From the human T2T-CHM13v2.0 reference genome, Homo sapiens, in assembly GCF_009914755.1 (NCBI RefSeq), contig NC_060947.1: a stretch of 64,000 nucleotides of DNA. One strand, written 5' to 3'. Under the pieces are notes generated by a model that saw only the letters and a program-made list of their open reading frames with translations, ran no database searches and was not told the origin of the DNA. The translations under genes and the position numbers were made by a program. This document shows positions 13,741 to 28,478 of this stretch, piece by piece. Every line of letters begins with the position of its first letter. Position 1 is the first letter of the stretch.

Positions 13741-14999
13741 AAGCCAAGCCTCTCTTGTGTCTTTCAGCATCCTCTCTCGCTAGCTACAATGACTCAACCA
13801 AACCCATCCGCCACTTGGTATAAGAGCAAGCTTGACTGCAGCCAGCCTGGCTTCTTCATCCTCACACATCATGCCCACCCTAGCCTGTGTTCTCAGGGCT
13901 CACTTGTCCTGGAAGAGTAAGGCTTCCAGTGATGGCAAAAACCTCTTAAGAAAGTACTATGGTAATGGGTGCAATACAGATTGTTATCCTAATGCACTAT
14001 CTTTCTCTAAGGAAACACAATTTTGATGGAGTTGCTTTTCATAGATTCTTATAAAATGTACTAGCATCAAAATGTGAAGCTCTAGATGTATTCAAAATGG
14101 TGTCCCAGATACCAAAGGAGTTTCTTGAGAAACAAATGCTTAATCAGATTTTCCCAAAGGGGTACCTACTATCAGCTCATGTGCCCTCAGATTAAACTAT
14201 GGGGGTATTATTTTGGGGAAGGCTGATAAATTATAAGCAGTCAAAGTAAGAAAAATCACACTATATTACATCTTGCAAAAACCAATGGAAGTGAAATAAA
14301 CCAGATACTAAAATCCATCTGTAAGTCCTCATCATTTTGCTGCACTCACTTGAGTGCATTGTTAGCACCTTACTAAAGTCATTCGCTGGCTGGGAGCTCG
14401 ACAAGTACTAATTATTCTCTTCATTTCCATGCCCCTGCAAACAAGACTCACAAAAGTTTAAAAGTGGTTACCTTTGAAAGCCTGGTGAACACAGCGTGCT
14501 TAAAATTATCCATAGAACATTACAACCAGACAGATATCCAGACAGAAAGTTGGACAAGAATATGCATGGTAGGTTATGTGAGTTTTTTCATCCTCAAGTG
14601 TTAAGAGTTAGAAGAGTAGGCTGAGTTCTTCCATTTGGGCATCAGAGGTCATTTGCAGATCCTGACATAACTAATCCTCTGAGTCGGTGGAGGAAAGGGT
14701 CGGCCAAGCCAGTCAGAAAAGGTCTGAATGCTGGCCTCCAGGAAGCTGGGCAAGTGCTAGGTAAAAGGAAATCTGCCAAGTTTTCACCATGGCAGTATCA
14801 AAAGCGATGAGACGATTTTGTGGATCTGGCTGCTGCTCTCTGTGATTCACAGTTCACTGGTCTACCATGATTTGGGCTTTGTTCTATTTTTGTGAAACTT
14901 GTGTATGCATGTATGTGGCCAGTCTGTCTGTCTCCATGCCTGCCCGTGTATATCTTTACCTACCCACCTGCCTGCCTTTTCATTTACCTTGCAGCTAAG

Positions 15000-15180
15000 A
15001 GTAGAACCAGGGAGTTGGTAAGTTCTATAGAGTCATATTCTAGTCCATCCCTTCATCTTACACATGAAGAAACCAAGGCCCAGAGAGCAGTGACCTGACC
15101 AAGGTCTCTCAGTAAATTTCATGACAGAGTTGGAAGGTAATCAATAGGGTGGCTGATTTTCAGTTCTTGGTCTCTGTCCA
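15000..15180 (-). mobile_element. MIR fragment
   Basis: CATCTTACACATGAAGAAACCAAGGCCCAGAGAGCAGTGACCTGACCAAGGTC. Confidence 0.75.
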
Positions 15181-17399
15181 CCTCTGGCTCAGCCTCTTGC
15201 TACTTTCTCTCTCTGTGTCTCTTTATCTCTGCATTTCTATTCCTGTGCCTGTCTCTGTGTCTCTCACAAACACATGAGCTTTGGGAAATTAACCTTGGTT
15301 TGGCAGATGTTCTACTGTTTCACTACTTTCTTACAAATGAATACATCCTTATAAATATTTAGTAGACTCCCATTATTTTACTGCAGTACCTCAGCTCCAA
15401 ACTTTGGTCATGTTTCGGTAATATTCCCTTTTGCAAAAAGGTCACACTAAGCGCCTTTATTATGACACAGATGTTGCTTTCCCTGTGGGATTATTAGGAA
15501 ATATCTCAAGGCTAGTTTCTTAAATTAATTTTTATGATACCTCTTCTTCCCACAAGTTGACCCTTACCTTAGAGTATTTAAAATACTGCACATATTTCCC
15601 CATGGCAAATCAAGAATTCACTTTTAATTTGATCCACACCTTCCAATGTAACTTGTTGATAGTAAAAAAGAAAGGAAGAACATTGCTTGCATTTTCATCA
15701 AATAACACTGTAATCTATTACATGTCATATACAAAATACCTTTTAACTTGAAAAGTCACAAAAAGAAAATACTCTCTAGGGGATTTTCCCAATCCTGTAG
15801 AATGTGACTTGCCACTTTCTGTTTTCTTTGGATTTATATGAGAAGGGAAATGAGCATATCAGGTGTGTTGGATATTCTTTCCAGTTTGTTGTCTGTTTTA
15901 GACTATAAGCTCCCAGAAGACAGGGCTACATTAATCCTCTGTTCAGTGTCTATTTAGTGTCTTATGCAAACAGTCAATGAATCTGTGCTTTTGGCTCAGA
16001 TTTGCTACTAGAAATGGAGCTGGTGTTGCAAAAAGAAAAAAAGAGAAAGAAAAATTAAGGCCGGCTCTTCACAACAGGTCACATGAGAGTTATTCTGAAT
16101 CGGTCTGGTTCTACATTCAAGAAGAAACCACAGAATATTACCTATAAAAGCTACTTATTTTGAAACTAGACCTCACCATTATACCTGCCTTTAAAACTGG
16201 CAGATAGATTGAAAGTGTATGCATGTGAATCATGCCAAGAGTCCAAAGATATTTATATGAGGTGAAGAAATGAACATACCTGCCCCATCACTAGCTTTAG
16301 CAAACCATAGAATAGTTCCCTTAGTAGTTTCTGACCCAACGACTCAACCTAGAGCAGACTCCTTGAAGTACCAAGTATCTACGTTTATACATATTAGTAT
16401 GAACCATATTCTACCACAACGGTTAGTTCTATCTCCCAAATTCAATGTGAGCTCCATAAAGACAGGATCTCTCTCTAATTCACCTCTGTACTCCCAGTGC
16501 CTGGCAGAGTAGTTGCTCAAGTAAACACCCATGGAGAATATCAATGCTTCTCAAGACAGGGAGCTAACGTCACACTAAAGATGTAATTAAATGGCTATCA
16601 TTGGCTTCTTCTCATTTTACAAAACCATCTCTATTAGATATCCTTTAATGGGGACATGTCTAGAACGATCACTAAACGGACATGGTAGATATCACTTAAG
16701 TTAGTACAAGAAGGAGCACACAAGGGGTCCTCAATTCTCCTATCATGGCTTCCTTTGTCTGTTCATCTTCATCTTGACATTCTAGCTTATAACATTCTTG
16801 CCTTTCCTAGACTCAAATTGATTGTATCTCATCGAAGTGGTGTATTAGCATTCTACAGATTTATTTGATACAAAATAGCATAAATGAAACTCCACTTTAT
16901 TTGGACTAATGAAATGAGAGAACTAAATTATAATTGTGACAGAATCAAATTTCACATGTTACTGCTGTACTACATAGTTTGGAATGTCTCTGAATGTTTA
17001 TTTTATGTACCAATATAACAGCTAAAGTACATTTGCCAATGATGACAAGGGTTGACCAGAATTGAGGAGAGGCAGAGAACTGGAGACAGTGCTGTTGGTA
17101 GCTATAGATGCCTAAATGCTTGCCAAAGGATAACACCCATTGCTGGAGCCCTTTCACTGCCTTTAAAAACATGGGCGTGCTTATCACTAGTTAGTGTAGT
17201 ATATATTTTTACTGACACTCAAAAATATTACAGTAATTACATATATACCCTCATTTGGGGGCAAAACTTTTATCAATCAATTTGATCTTCCATTATATAT
17301 TTATAAGACCTGGCCCCATATCATTTTTGATGTTTCCAAAAATCAAATCCATCCACAAAGGATAAGTTTGCCCCACAATGAGGTTATTCCAAAGGCTAC

Positions 17400-17630
17400 A
17401 TATCCCCTATCTAGCACTCCACTTAATTCTTTCATAACATTCATCACAATATGGACACATTTTGTTGACTTGCTTCCTCCAAATTATCTATATCTGCCAC
17501 CAGAATATAAGCTCCCTGAGAGAAGGAACTATATTTGTCTTATTCAATTGTCATATCTCTAGCATTAAGAATCGTGCTGAATTATGGTAGGTGCTCAATA
17601 AGTGTATCTGTAATGACTGAATTAATTAAT
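17400..17630 (+). mobile_element. L2 3' end
   Basis: CAGAATATAAGCTCCCTGAG...GGTAGGTGCTCAATAAGTG. Confidence 0.75.
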
Positions 17631-20600
17631 GTAGTAGTACATTTTCAATCACATTACTGGAAAATCACCAAGTTAAGAGGCCCCCTCCAGTTTCTCCAAA
17701 TCTATTGAAGGACACTACCTGTTTTCCCTCAGCCCCAGAATGACCCAGAGCCAATTGACCTATGATTGTAGGCCATGAAAATTAGTGAACAAAAGTACCC
17801 ATTGCCAAGACATAAAATACCTCCTGCATGAGAAGGGGAAATCAGAGATCCTGTGCTTGAGATTGTTGTAGGACAGAAAGCTAGGGGCCTCTCCCCAACC
17901 CCTACCCCAGTTATCCCACTTTGACTCCAAATAGGGAAATATTCAGGTACTCATGTTAAATTACAGTTACTGTGGGTTAAATTTAAAATCAGCCCCAAGA
18001 GTGTTGTTTTATTTATACATATTTTGATAGCATTGTAAAGGAGACACTGAATCTGCTCATATAGAGAGGAATAAATGAGGCTTTCTGGACTCTCCTGGTG
18101 GATTGCTTTACATGTGATTTCATGATCACTGAGTATTAAATCACATGGCTCTTCAACAATAAAACATTGTGTTATTTTCAGAGACTCTTCCTCAAAAAGC
18201 TCTTATCCCATTTCATTTTCTCATATAAGATGCAAGCATTTATAATTACAACTAATTCGTTTTTTGAGACTCTGTATTTCATCTCTTATGAATTTCAGAA
18301 AACCTCTATTAATTAGGAGGTTTTCCAGCAAAAGAATATCACAGTGACCACTTTCCCCTGCACAGGTTCAGAAAGTGGATTATGGTCTAAAAGGTGTGAG
18401 TCAGAAAATGGCTCCTGCCTAAAGCATCACACAATGTCCATTTCTTCCCTGTAGCTTTTATTCCTTTTCATGCAAACAAGCAGCAGTGAGCTTAAGAAAC
18501 ACTTTACTTTGTCTCATGCATCATCTATGACATTGTCAAATCAATTCATATGAAAAAACGGGAGAAAGACTATGCACAGTCTCCTCACACAGCCTCATGT
18601 GGATTTATATGTCAATATAGAAACAATCAGTAAAGGCCATTAAAGACCTATTTATGCCAGTTTAGGATGACTCTGACATTCCACCACTGTACATAGTAGC
18701 CTTCTTTTAGGTCTCCTGACAAATGAACAAGAGCTCCCAGGGAAGAGAAGGCAAACTGTGCCCTGTGGTGAGCAGAAATCAAGTTAGAATTGTAGAAGCC
18801 ATGAGAAGAAAGACCAATGCACCACCAAATGCCGTTTACGGATGGTTTGTACCATACCCATTGCCCAAATTAGAAAAGTGGAAAAGTTTTGAAACCACAC
18901 AAGATATTGATGAAGCTCCCTTGTAATTCTAGTGTCTGGCTGATGAGGCAAGGTTGAGAAAATCAATGGAGGTCTGGAAAATCAATGGAGCTCATTGAAT
19001 AGTAAGCCAATGAAAGTGAAGGGACAGGAAGCTTCATGGTAGCACAGTGACCGTCATTTTTTTCTGAGGTGCAATTTTAAGATTTTGGAGAAGAGCCATT
19101 TGTCAAGAGGAAATCTTTCAGTTCCGAAAGAGGAACAGAAATAATCTAATAGTTTCTAACTTGTTAAATAGTGTTCTCCATTTTATGTGCACATAAGATC
19201 ATATATATATATATATATATGGTTGTGCCATGAGTGCCCTGGTCAAGACCGTGAGACCAAACTAATGGAAAACATTAGAGATGAAAAACCATACAGAATA
19301 GAAAAACAGAAAGACAAGGAGAAGGCCACAAATATGCCTGGAAAGAGACTCAAAGTACTGAGAACCCTAAACAAAAGACATTTCAATCTTCAGATGGAGA
19401 ATGGGCTACAGCTGTCATTAAGAATGAGCATTAAAGAGATGATGTGTACCTTTAAATATGGATCCCCAGTCTATAGCCGCAATCCTCTCTTTCTTCATTT
19501 TATTTTAAGCTAAATCTTGAGTTTTAGGCTTTATTTCCAATCCAACCACTCTCACCTCTATGCGATCCTGTACTATCTGTCAGCTGGCCCCAACCCCTCC
19601 AAAACAAAATTCCTTTTACCTGTTTCTAAGGGATTTTGTCCACCTTTGTTGATAAAGTCCTTTGAGCATAATGAATTAAAAGTGCTGGCAACAAACGTAG
19701 CGCTAAGAATTAAACGGCAAAAGCAAGCCAAAAATTCAGCGAGTTTAGTTAATTACCAATCAAGATACTGGATAGGATTCAGTTGACTTGTGTTCTTCTC
19801 TTGCATCTGCCACTAATTAGCTGCACGTACTTAGATAAGTCATTGCCTTGATGTGCATCTATTTTCTCACCTGCAGAAAATAACAGCCTTTTCAATTAAA
19901 ATCATACAAGGACTCACTGTGCTGTGTGCCTTCCTCACTTCTTTCTCTATACCCCACTCCTTTTCTATGTCAAGAATCTCTGTGACTGTAAATCAGAGTT
20001 GCATTTCTAGGAGTTTCCAAACTCTCTTGGTTCCTCTTCTCCTGAAGATTCCTTTACCACAGAATCATGCTCAGCTTTTCTCTGGATTTTTAAAAAACTG
20101 CTTTCCCAAAATCTAGTCATGGAGTTGATTGTTGTATTTAGAACACAGCCAAGTATCTGAGTGATAAGTGGAATAGTAAGTGACGACACAGAAGTTTTAA
20201 AGAAGGGAGATGCAAGGGTACTTGGGATATTGGCAACATTCTGGTGCACCTTCTCCAAACCCACCCCACCTGCTTCCCCATCTTCTCCCACAGAGCTCAA
20301 TGGGACAGGACGGGAGGTGTGAGAGGAGTTAGGGAAGGCAAACTTTCTAACTCCTACCTCAGTTCCTACCTGGGGCTTTAACTAGGTGCTGAGGAAGACA
20401 ACAAAATGATGGCTGGAAGAATCCGAATGGCCTTCTAAGAGTTAACATGCTTTTCTTGGCACCTAACTCACTAGCAAGCAACACCTATGCCATAGCATTT
20501 TGAAACCACCAAACATTTTAGTGGTGTTTGGCTTTTTAGTTTTTTGAAGATTCCCTGTGGTCAAGCTGAAAAGACAATGAACTTTCAGATATTCACATTT

Positions 20601-21319
20601 AAGAAACTGACAATTGAATCTGCTGTGCTGAATTGCTGCTCTAGCTGGCAGAGGTTAAAACAAGACACAATGTTTTAAGTTCCTGTGACATTTACAAGAA
20701 TTGTAAAGCTAGCTTTTGTCGGAAAATGTATGCTTAATCTAAGCACTTCTGATACACTGGAAAATGTTCCTGCATATCCACTTTACAAAATTAAACAGCA
20801 TATTGAAAAGAGATTTTGGCTCCGTCTCTGAAAACAACTAATTGTACTACTTTCGAACTAAAGAGAACCTCCAGGATCATCTATTTAACTTTGAACACTA
20901 ATTTTAACAATAGCTTTTCCCTTTACAGAAATAGGCAAAGCCAAATGCTTACTAACTCTTAATGCTTGCGTTTTTCTTTCAATAGGTAGTTTGCCTTGAG
21001 TAACAAAAATGCACTGAGTAATCAAGTAAAATATCCTTAAAGGATTAGCATCCATTTATATTCTATAACAGGGAAGAGCGTGAACATGCTGAATTCTAAT
21101 ACTGACTACGACAAGAAAAGTGTGGAACACATATTTGACAGGAGGCTACATTAGTTTACTCTTCAGGACTAGCTGAAGGGAGGTTGTCCTAATAGTACAG
21201 TGGCAAGAAGCAACAAAATGAGAATGCATACCGAGTCCAGGATATCATGAAATGGAGGAAACCAAAGGACCCAAAGTGTAACTGAAGTCTGTACAAAATC
21301 AACAAAAGCAAAGAGCAAA

Positions 21320-21595
21320 ATTCACCTCCTTAGGGAGGCCTTCTCTGATCACTCTCCAACTGTCTGACCATTCTCTGTCCAATGTGTTTGATTTCTTCAT
21401 GGCACTTACCACTCCCTATGATAATCTTGTTCATTTACTTGTGTACTTTGTTTTCAATTTCCCTCCAACACACACACACACACACACTTTAAGAAACACA
21501 AGAGAAGGGACCTTGTCTGTCGTATTGTCCCCCATGTCTAGAACAGTGCCTGGATCATAATAAGTGCTCAATAGATACATATTGAATGAATAAAT
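21320..21595 (+). mobile_element. L2 3' end with internal (CA)n
   Basis: CACCTCCTTAGGGAGGCCTTCTCTGA...CTAGAACAGTGCCTGG...GTGCTCAATAGATACATATTGAATGAATAAAT. Confidence 0.8.
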
Positions 21596-22884
21596 CTAAG
21601 AAAGGAAAGAGAAGTTATATTATGATTGATGAAAACCATGAGAATAAAGGCATTTGAGACTCTAAATTCAAGGATGTTTTTAATCATTCTTACCTCCAGT
21701 GAGAATAACAGAATGTCTCTAACTCACGCAAGGCAAAGGAAATAGAAGCACTGGCCAATGTGCACATCATTATAATGAGAGGTTTTGTGCCGTGAGAGAT
21801 CTGAAGGAGAAGCTAGCATAGTGGAACAGAGGGTGGCTGCCATCTACATAGCTCTGACAGGAGCTCTGGGCATCCAAGTAGATCTCTAGGTTTACTGATG
21901 CAATGAGGGATCCTTGGGACCTGAGAGGGACCATGAAGGGGACTTTGAAACTGACAGCTGGGACCAAGAACACTTGGAATTGAGACTTACAGACAAAGGC
22001 CCATGCCAAATTTCTGAAGGGGAGAATGGCATGCAACCATGAAGTCAAGGAACTCACAAGTAGATGATTCCCACTTGGAGGACAAAATGGTCTTCAAATA
22101 TGCCATATGGTAGTAGCTCAAACAGGAGTGACTGTACTGCATTTTGAGAAGGTAGAGAATGGGACCATTCTTCTGCAAAAAGGGATATTGTCCTCTGTGC
22201 TAAAGATATCAGCCCTGAGCCTGCAGTTTCTGTAGAAATAACTCATTTACAACTAATTCTCCTGACAATAGTACACACATTAACCAGGAGTTGTCTATTC
22301 CTTTACTCTAATTAAGTTTTAGGGTTAGACATAATCATTCTTACCCTGGCCTGGAACACTGGCAAGCCAACTTGAAATGTAAAACCCCAAAGCAATTCAA
22401 TATTTACTAAATTTAAAGGAAGTAATCAATTTCTAATTCAGATTTATGTACATTCCTTTCCCACTTTAACACTGTCTTATTTCCCTTAAGTTCCTCTTTG
22501 GTCATTAAGATTGTCAGCAAGATTATGGCCATTGAACAATTTGTGACATGTTGCAGATATTTCTAAACTAAATTAAATTGTCAATGTACCTGCATATAAC
22601 AAAAAAAAATGTATTAGACACTTAAGGACAGAGACCCTATATGTTCTATATTCACAGCTGTGTTGCTCCACAGAGAGCTTGGCATGTTCTGTAAATATCT
22701 GCAGAATGAATGAAAGAAAAAAATCTATCACTGATAGAATTATTTGCACACATTCAAAATCTCAGGCACACCTGACCCAGCATATGTGTATGTGTCTACA
22801 CACACATTTGCTCTCACAAAATTCCCACCTGCTCATCATTCAAGTTCAGTACATCATCTTTCCCCTTGGCACGTGCGTTTCTTA

Positions 22885-23307
<423 letters not shown>

Positions 23308-23589
23308 TCAATTTTCATCTTAGGAAGCTGTTCCCTTATCCCTAGAAAATATAAACCTTTTAAAGTTCCAACTGCCAATTGACATCTCCAGTGCATAATA
23401 ACAGAAATTCACAGTTTATCTGTTATGCCTCCCCTGGAAAGCTCAGTTTGAAGCACTTTGCTAACTTAGACCACTGTTACTTCTGCTCAGACTAATGCTC
23501 CATACTTGTGCCTTGTTTTCAACCCTTAATACTTCTGAAGCTAGATTCCTCCATCTGCATTCCTGAGAAGGATGACAAAAGCCAGACTA

Positions 23590-23855
23590 CGCTTTCAGTC
23601 TCCTAGGACATCCTGCCCTGGAGATTCTCAGCAGGCAATTGGAAATTGGAGTTAGCCTGGGGCTCCGGAATGAATTAAGGGTTGGAGAGGTCAATTTGGG
23701 AATCATTAGTGTAGAGGTTAAAGGTGAAGCTATGTGAGGAGGTGAAGTTACCCAGGGAGAAAATATAGCAACAGAAGAGAAGCAGATCAATGACAGGACC
23801 TTGGGAATTGCTCTATTTAAAGGGGCAGTGGGGGAGGGAGAAGATGTGGGCACGC

Positions 23856-23886
<31 letters not shown>

Positions 23887-24100
23887 TGTGGAAAAGAGAT
23901 CCCAACAAAGGAAACCTAAGGAATGTAGAGAAGACATCAAGATAGATTATGAACCCTTTCAAGCAAGAGAATATGTGCAAAAGTGCCAGAATCTCCAAAG
24001 AGGTCAAGAAGACTGAGGCCAGGGAAGAGGCCATTGAATTGTGAAACATGGTGGTCACAGGTAACCTTTGGGAAAGCAGTCTTTCTGATGCAAATCTTAT
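23590..24100 (-). mobile_element. L2 fragment containing (GT)n at about 23856-23883
   Basis: GCAGGCAATTGGAAATTGGAGT...AATTTGGGAATCATTAG...GAAGACTGAGG...CCATTGAATT...GGTCACAGGTAACCTT. Confidence 0.75.
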
Positions 24101-24214
24101 GAACTTGTGTGCCCAAATATGCATGTGTACAGGTGTATGTGTAAGTACCCCAAATCACTGTAAGATTAAATATACTATTGAGTGAGGCTGCCGCTGGGTA
24201 TGCCAAAAAACGAT

Positions 24215-24460
24215 GGTAATAACCACCATTATCGACTGTTTACTATGTGACAGGAACAGTGCTAAGCACTTGATATGCACGATCTCATTTTAATCCTCAA
24301 AACAAGCCTATATACTGGCTACATTTCACATATAAGAAAACTACCTGAAGCCAACAGAGATGAACTAAATTACCCAACGTCACACAGCTGGAAAGTAGCA
24401 GCGCCAGGATTGGACCCGAGGTCAGTTTGACTCTAAACGCCTAGACTGTCAGTCACTGAT
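24215..24460 (-). mobile_element. MIR
   Basis: TACTATGTGACAGGAACAGTGCTAAGCACTT...CCCAACGTCACACAGCTGGAAAGT. Confidence 0.8.
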
Positions 24461-26965
24461 GTAATGTTTCCACTATAGTAATGTTAATTAGGTAATCTAT
24501 GCATGAAGGAAAGAGAGCTGATATTGGTTGAGTGTCTCATTGCCAGGTGATTTGCATAGAACATCTCCTTTCACACATATACCATCAACATTATGGCTAT
24601 GTTTAGGTAAGCCTTATGAGGGCATATTTTTAAAATTCTGATTCAGTTGTTTTGAAAATAAGTTGAAACTATATGATTCCCAAACAACCAGTTATCATTC
24701 AAACTTACTATAATAGTTCCCAACGTTTGAAAGGTACAAAAAAAAAAAAGTGTGGCATCATTGATTTGGTGGTTGTTATCAAGATTCAAATTACTGACAA
24801 TCATACTCATCTGAAAAAGGAGGGAGTGTGACGGGATGATCTTAAAGCTCCCCTCCAGCCTGGACTTTCTATGATTCTTATATGCAGGTCTAATGCCAAT
24901 AATTTTAAAGATATGAAATATGTAGTAGAATGTAAATGCAGCAGCAGAACTGATTGGCATGTCAGCATCCTTTTATTCATTAACTTTATAGAGGTCTATT
25001 GTTAAAATATTATAAAAATAAGTCTGGCTGTTCAAGGCATTGATTGCTAACTGAAACTTGGAAACTCCATTACAAGATGATACACTGAAAATCCAACAAA
25101 ATAATTTGCTTACAGTCAACTGCAGACCCTATGATACAGTTGGCTATAGGAAAAAGAGAGAGAGATTGACAGGCACTCTGGCTATTAATGTTTTTGCTGT
25201 CCTTAGAAAAACAAATGAGGTTCTGGTCTGAAGCAATTAGTATCGCTGTTAATTGTGCAAGTGTGTAGCAATAATACTAGGCATTTGGGATGGCTTCCAC
25301 TGATTGTTCCCTTCTTTCTCTGGATTACAAAAATCTATTCAGACAACTAAAAAATAGCAAGTACTTATGCAAATTGTTAATTATGAGGCAGCGATAATCA
25401 TAATCTTGTATATTTATGAAACTGCATATACAATGGGGATTACCAAAAATGTTATTTGTTTTATTGCTTTACTAGTGGTTGAAAAATATGCTAGCCTTGC
25501 AAATAGTTTTCATACATCATTCAGCTCACCAAAATTCAAAAAGGGCCCCATTGATATTTACCAAAACCGTTTCTTTCCCATCTCACCATCTGTACTCCTC
25601 TTGTTTTCTCTCATTAAGACCAGGTATTAGTTGCTCTGGCAATAATCTGGTCCAACTAATCAACACCATAGTAAAAATAAAGAGTGTGTCAGGATTTGCT
25701 TTGTTATACAGCAAAACTGTTTTAAAGAGATGGTCCTATCATCTAGCAATTTTAAAGCAAAAAGAAAACAAAATTCTCAAGACTTCCCCATAAAAGCTAT
25801 TATAGGGATAGTGGTACCTATGTTATTGACCATTGTCTTAATGGTCATCCGCTCCATTTTATTTTACAGGCGAGGAAATTAAGGCTCAGAGTGGAGCTAG
25901 TGCTTGACAAAAGTCACCTCATTAGTAACAGAACTTGGTACTTTGCCTCCATGACACACCCAATCTATGATATTTAAATGTTCTCCCATACTAATACTGT
26001 GTGATTAGGTGTCTATGTGTGTCTGTGCCATTTAGCTCAATAAATTATAATCTGACTACAAAATTAAACACTAAATTTACTATTCTCAGCTGTCAAGTAA
26101 ATCCATTGAGGCTCTAATGGGAGTATGGAAGCCCAGCTACAGAAAGCTAAACTGGGCATCCCCAAAATGGCTCAAGTAGTCTATTTTAATGGGAGTCTGT
26201 CCTTGTGGAGAAATGCCAGAGCTACAGTCTTTGCTCTTGCTAACCTATTTGGCCAGGGAGCACAGGGTGGATTGTAGGTGGGTATTAAGAAAAAACAGAG
26301 GCACTAGTAAATATTTCTGGAGCCAATAAGCCTACAAAAAGCCAAAGACAGTACTGGTGAGCATCATGACCTTAGAAAACAATGTGCCAAGCGACTAGAG
26401 CACACATTTCCAAAATGACTTATGGTTCTTGCTAGACTCTCCGGTTCTGGTGGCAATATGATGGTACAGCTCTTAGCAACAGTTGTTGCCTGCAGGGGCA
26501 TCATCTGGGAGCATTCTCAGCGTCCGTCTTCCCCACAGAGAGGAACTTTCTTGTATTTGATTAGATTTGCTCTCCTGCAGGCTTCATGTCAAAAAGGCCT
26601 CTGGCCTATGGGATTACTTGTAAATATGCAAGTCTACGTATTTACATACGTTAAAAGCCCTGATATTTTCAAATAATTGATTTCCCTTCAAGGAAATGCT
26701 GACCTACTTGTTCTCTAAATCACAATCCAGCCTAGGGACAGGCAGACGTGCCTGAAGCACTGTAAAGAACACTTTGCCAACGGTTGGGGTCTTCTCAACA
26801 ACACACTCTACTGTGTCATCCTATTTCAGCAAAAAGAGGAAAAAGAGCTAATGACCTACTGCACACCTGTCTGGGGTGGTCGCCCTGAACATTCATCCCC
26901 CTTCTGAACTAAGTCAGCCTTCAGAACTGAGACTCCAAGCCTGGGTAGTTTCAGCTGTTTTAAAC

Positions 26966-26966
<1 letters not shown>

Positions 26967-26994
<28 letters not shown>
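26967..26994. repeat. A28 mononucleotide tract
   Basis: Pure run of 28 A with no attached Alu/L1 body. Confidence 0.97.
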
Positions 26995-26996
<2 letters not shown>

Positions 26997-27127
26997 CCTG
27001 GAAAGAATTTGTCCAAGCCAAAAACTTAACTATTTGTTGTACTGAAATTAAACGGACAGGCAACTGCAGAGTCTCTTTTTTCTAGCTTACTTGGGTTCAG
27101 TCAAACTAAAAATACATTGTTACTTAC

Positions 27128-27160
27128 CTTGCTGCATCTAGAATCTGAAAAATCCTCCAC
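27128..27160 (-). other. Candidate 33-nt microexon
   Basis: Minus strand: ttttactgttcctttaacag|GTGGAGGATTTTTCAGATTCTAGATGCAGCAAG|gtaagta. Consensus acceptor and donor, length divisible by 3. Confidence 0.5.
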
Positions 27161-28475
27161 CTGTTAAAGGAACAGTAAAACCAGTCGCTAGCAAGAGCTT
27201 GGTAGGAGAGGAGATAAAATAATAAAAGTTTTCCATTGTGCTTTAAGAGCATATTTCTCCAGCTTCCCAAACCTTAGGGAAACAGCTCATAGATGGCTTC
27301 TCCACTTTGTTCCCCACTGGCTCCTCTCAAGTAATGGGGAGATTCCCAATCAGAAGGCTAAAAGGGGCAAGGCTGCACTGAGAGCCAGATCCCTGGAGTG
27401 CTGTGGTCTGGGAATGATGGATCTACCACTCACTCATGCTAATTCCATTCCCCTTCACAGAGAGCAATGGGAATCTAGGTAAAAAAACAAAAGCCAATAA
27501 AACAAAACCCAAACCAAACCCAACCCTGTGGCATCACTGAAATGGAAATGACTGATTGAAAGGTCCTAGGAGGAATTGGCAGGGATTTTTCATATTATCA
27601 GGAATATACGAAACACAAATAACAAAAGGAAAATAAAGAACAATTAAACTTTACTGATGCTCTTTAAAAAGATGAAAATTCAAAGCACACATAAGGTGAT
27701 ATATAAATCATCTCTCTAGTCCCTTCCACCCAAACACAAGACATCCATCAAAGTAAGCAATGTCTCCCCATTCAAAAAACATGCTCAGCTGTTTTTATAA
27801 TGTATGTCTTAAGGGTCACAAAACACTCATTCCACTGTGTGAATTACTGATATTATTAGCAGGCGGAGACTGTGAAGTTATACACAGGTCAGTTGCTAAT
27901 TTGAGGGTTCAAATGGGCTCAGTTAGCCTTTTGTTTTTTATTATGCCAGAACAAGGAATTTTACAATGTAGCAACACTTCTTTTATGCCCGAAGTGGGCT
28001 ATATAGCCTGTGCATTTTCTTGGGAGAAATGTTTCTTTACAGCAAATACGCTTTGCAGGCCTTAGAAGTGAGTTAAGAGAGCCTTTTTTAATAGCATGGC
28101 TAGCAGCAGAGCCTTTGAATCATCATTTGAGAAGCAATACATGGCTCTTTTATTATCAGTCTCTGGTGCGGTTAAGCCCCCTTTCCCTGTTTCTGAGCTG
28201 TTAAGACTGCTGGGGAAGCAAATGTCATGAGAAACAAAAGCGATATACTTGGTGAGGCCTAACATCAAATCTGTTAGACAAGACACTCCTATTAGTGGAC
28301 TTACCATCCAGAGCCCAATGTGCTCGTCTTCTACTCCAGCCGCAAGAAATAAGTAATCTACAATGTACTGACCTACCCCATGATTTAGAGTCCCTACACA
28401 GTGAAGAGAGGCTATGATCCCTTCCACAAAATTTGGCCTTGTGAACAAAAACAACACAACTTTGGGTGAAAAGAC

Positions 28476-28478
<3 letters not shown>

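Noticed and set aside
18958-18990. Short tandem duplications (GAAAATCAATGGAG x2; also 7731-7774, 12283-12305, 29115-29143)
   Set aside because: Ordinary slippage duplications; two copies only, no repeat-spacer array structure
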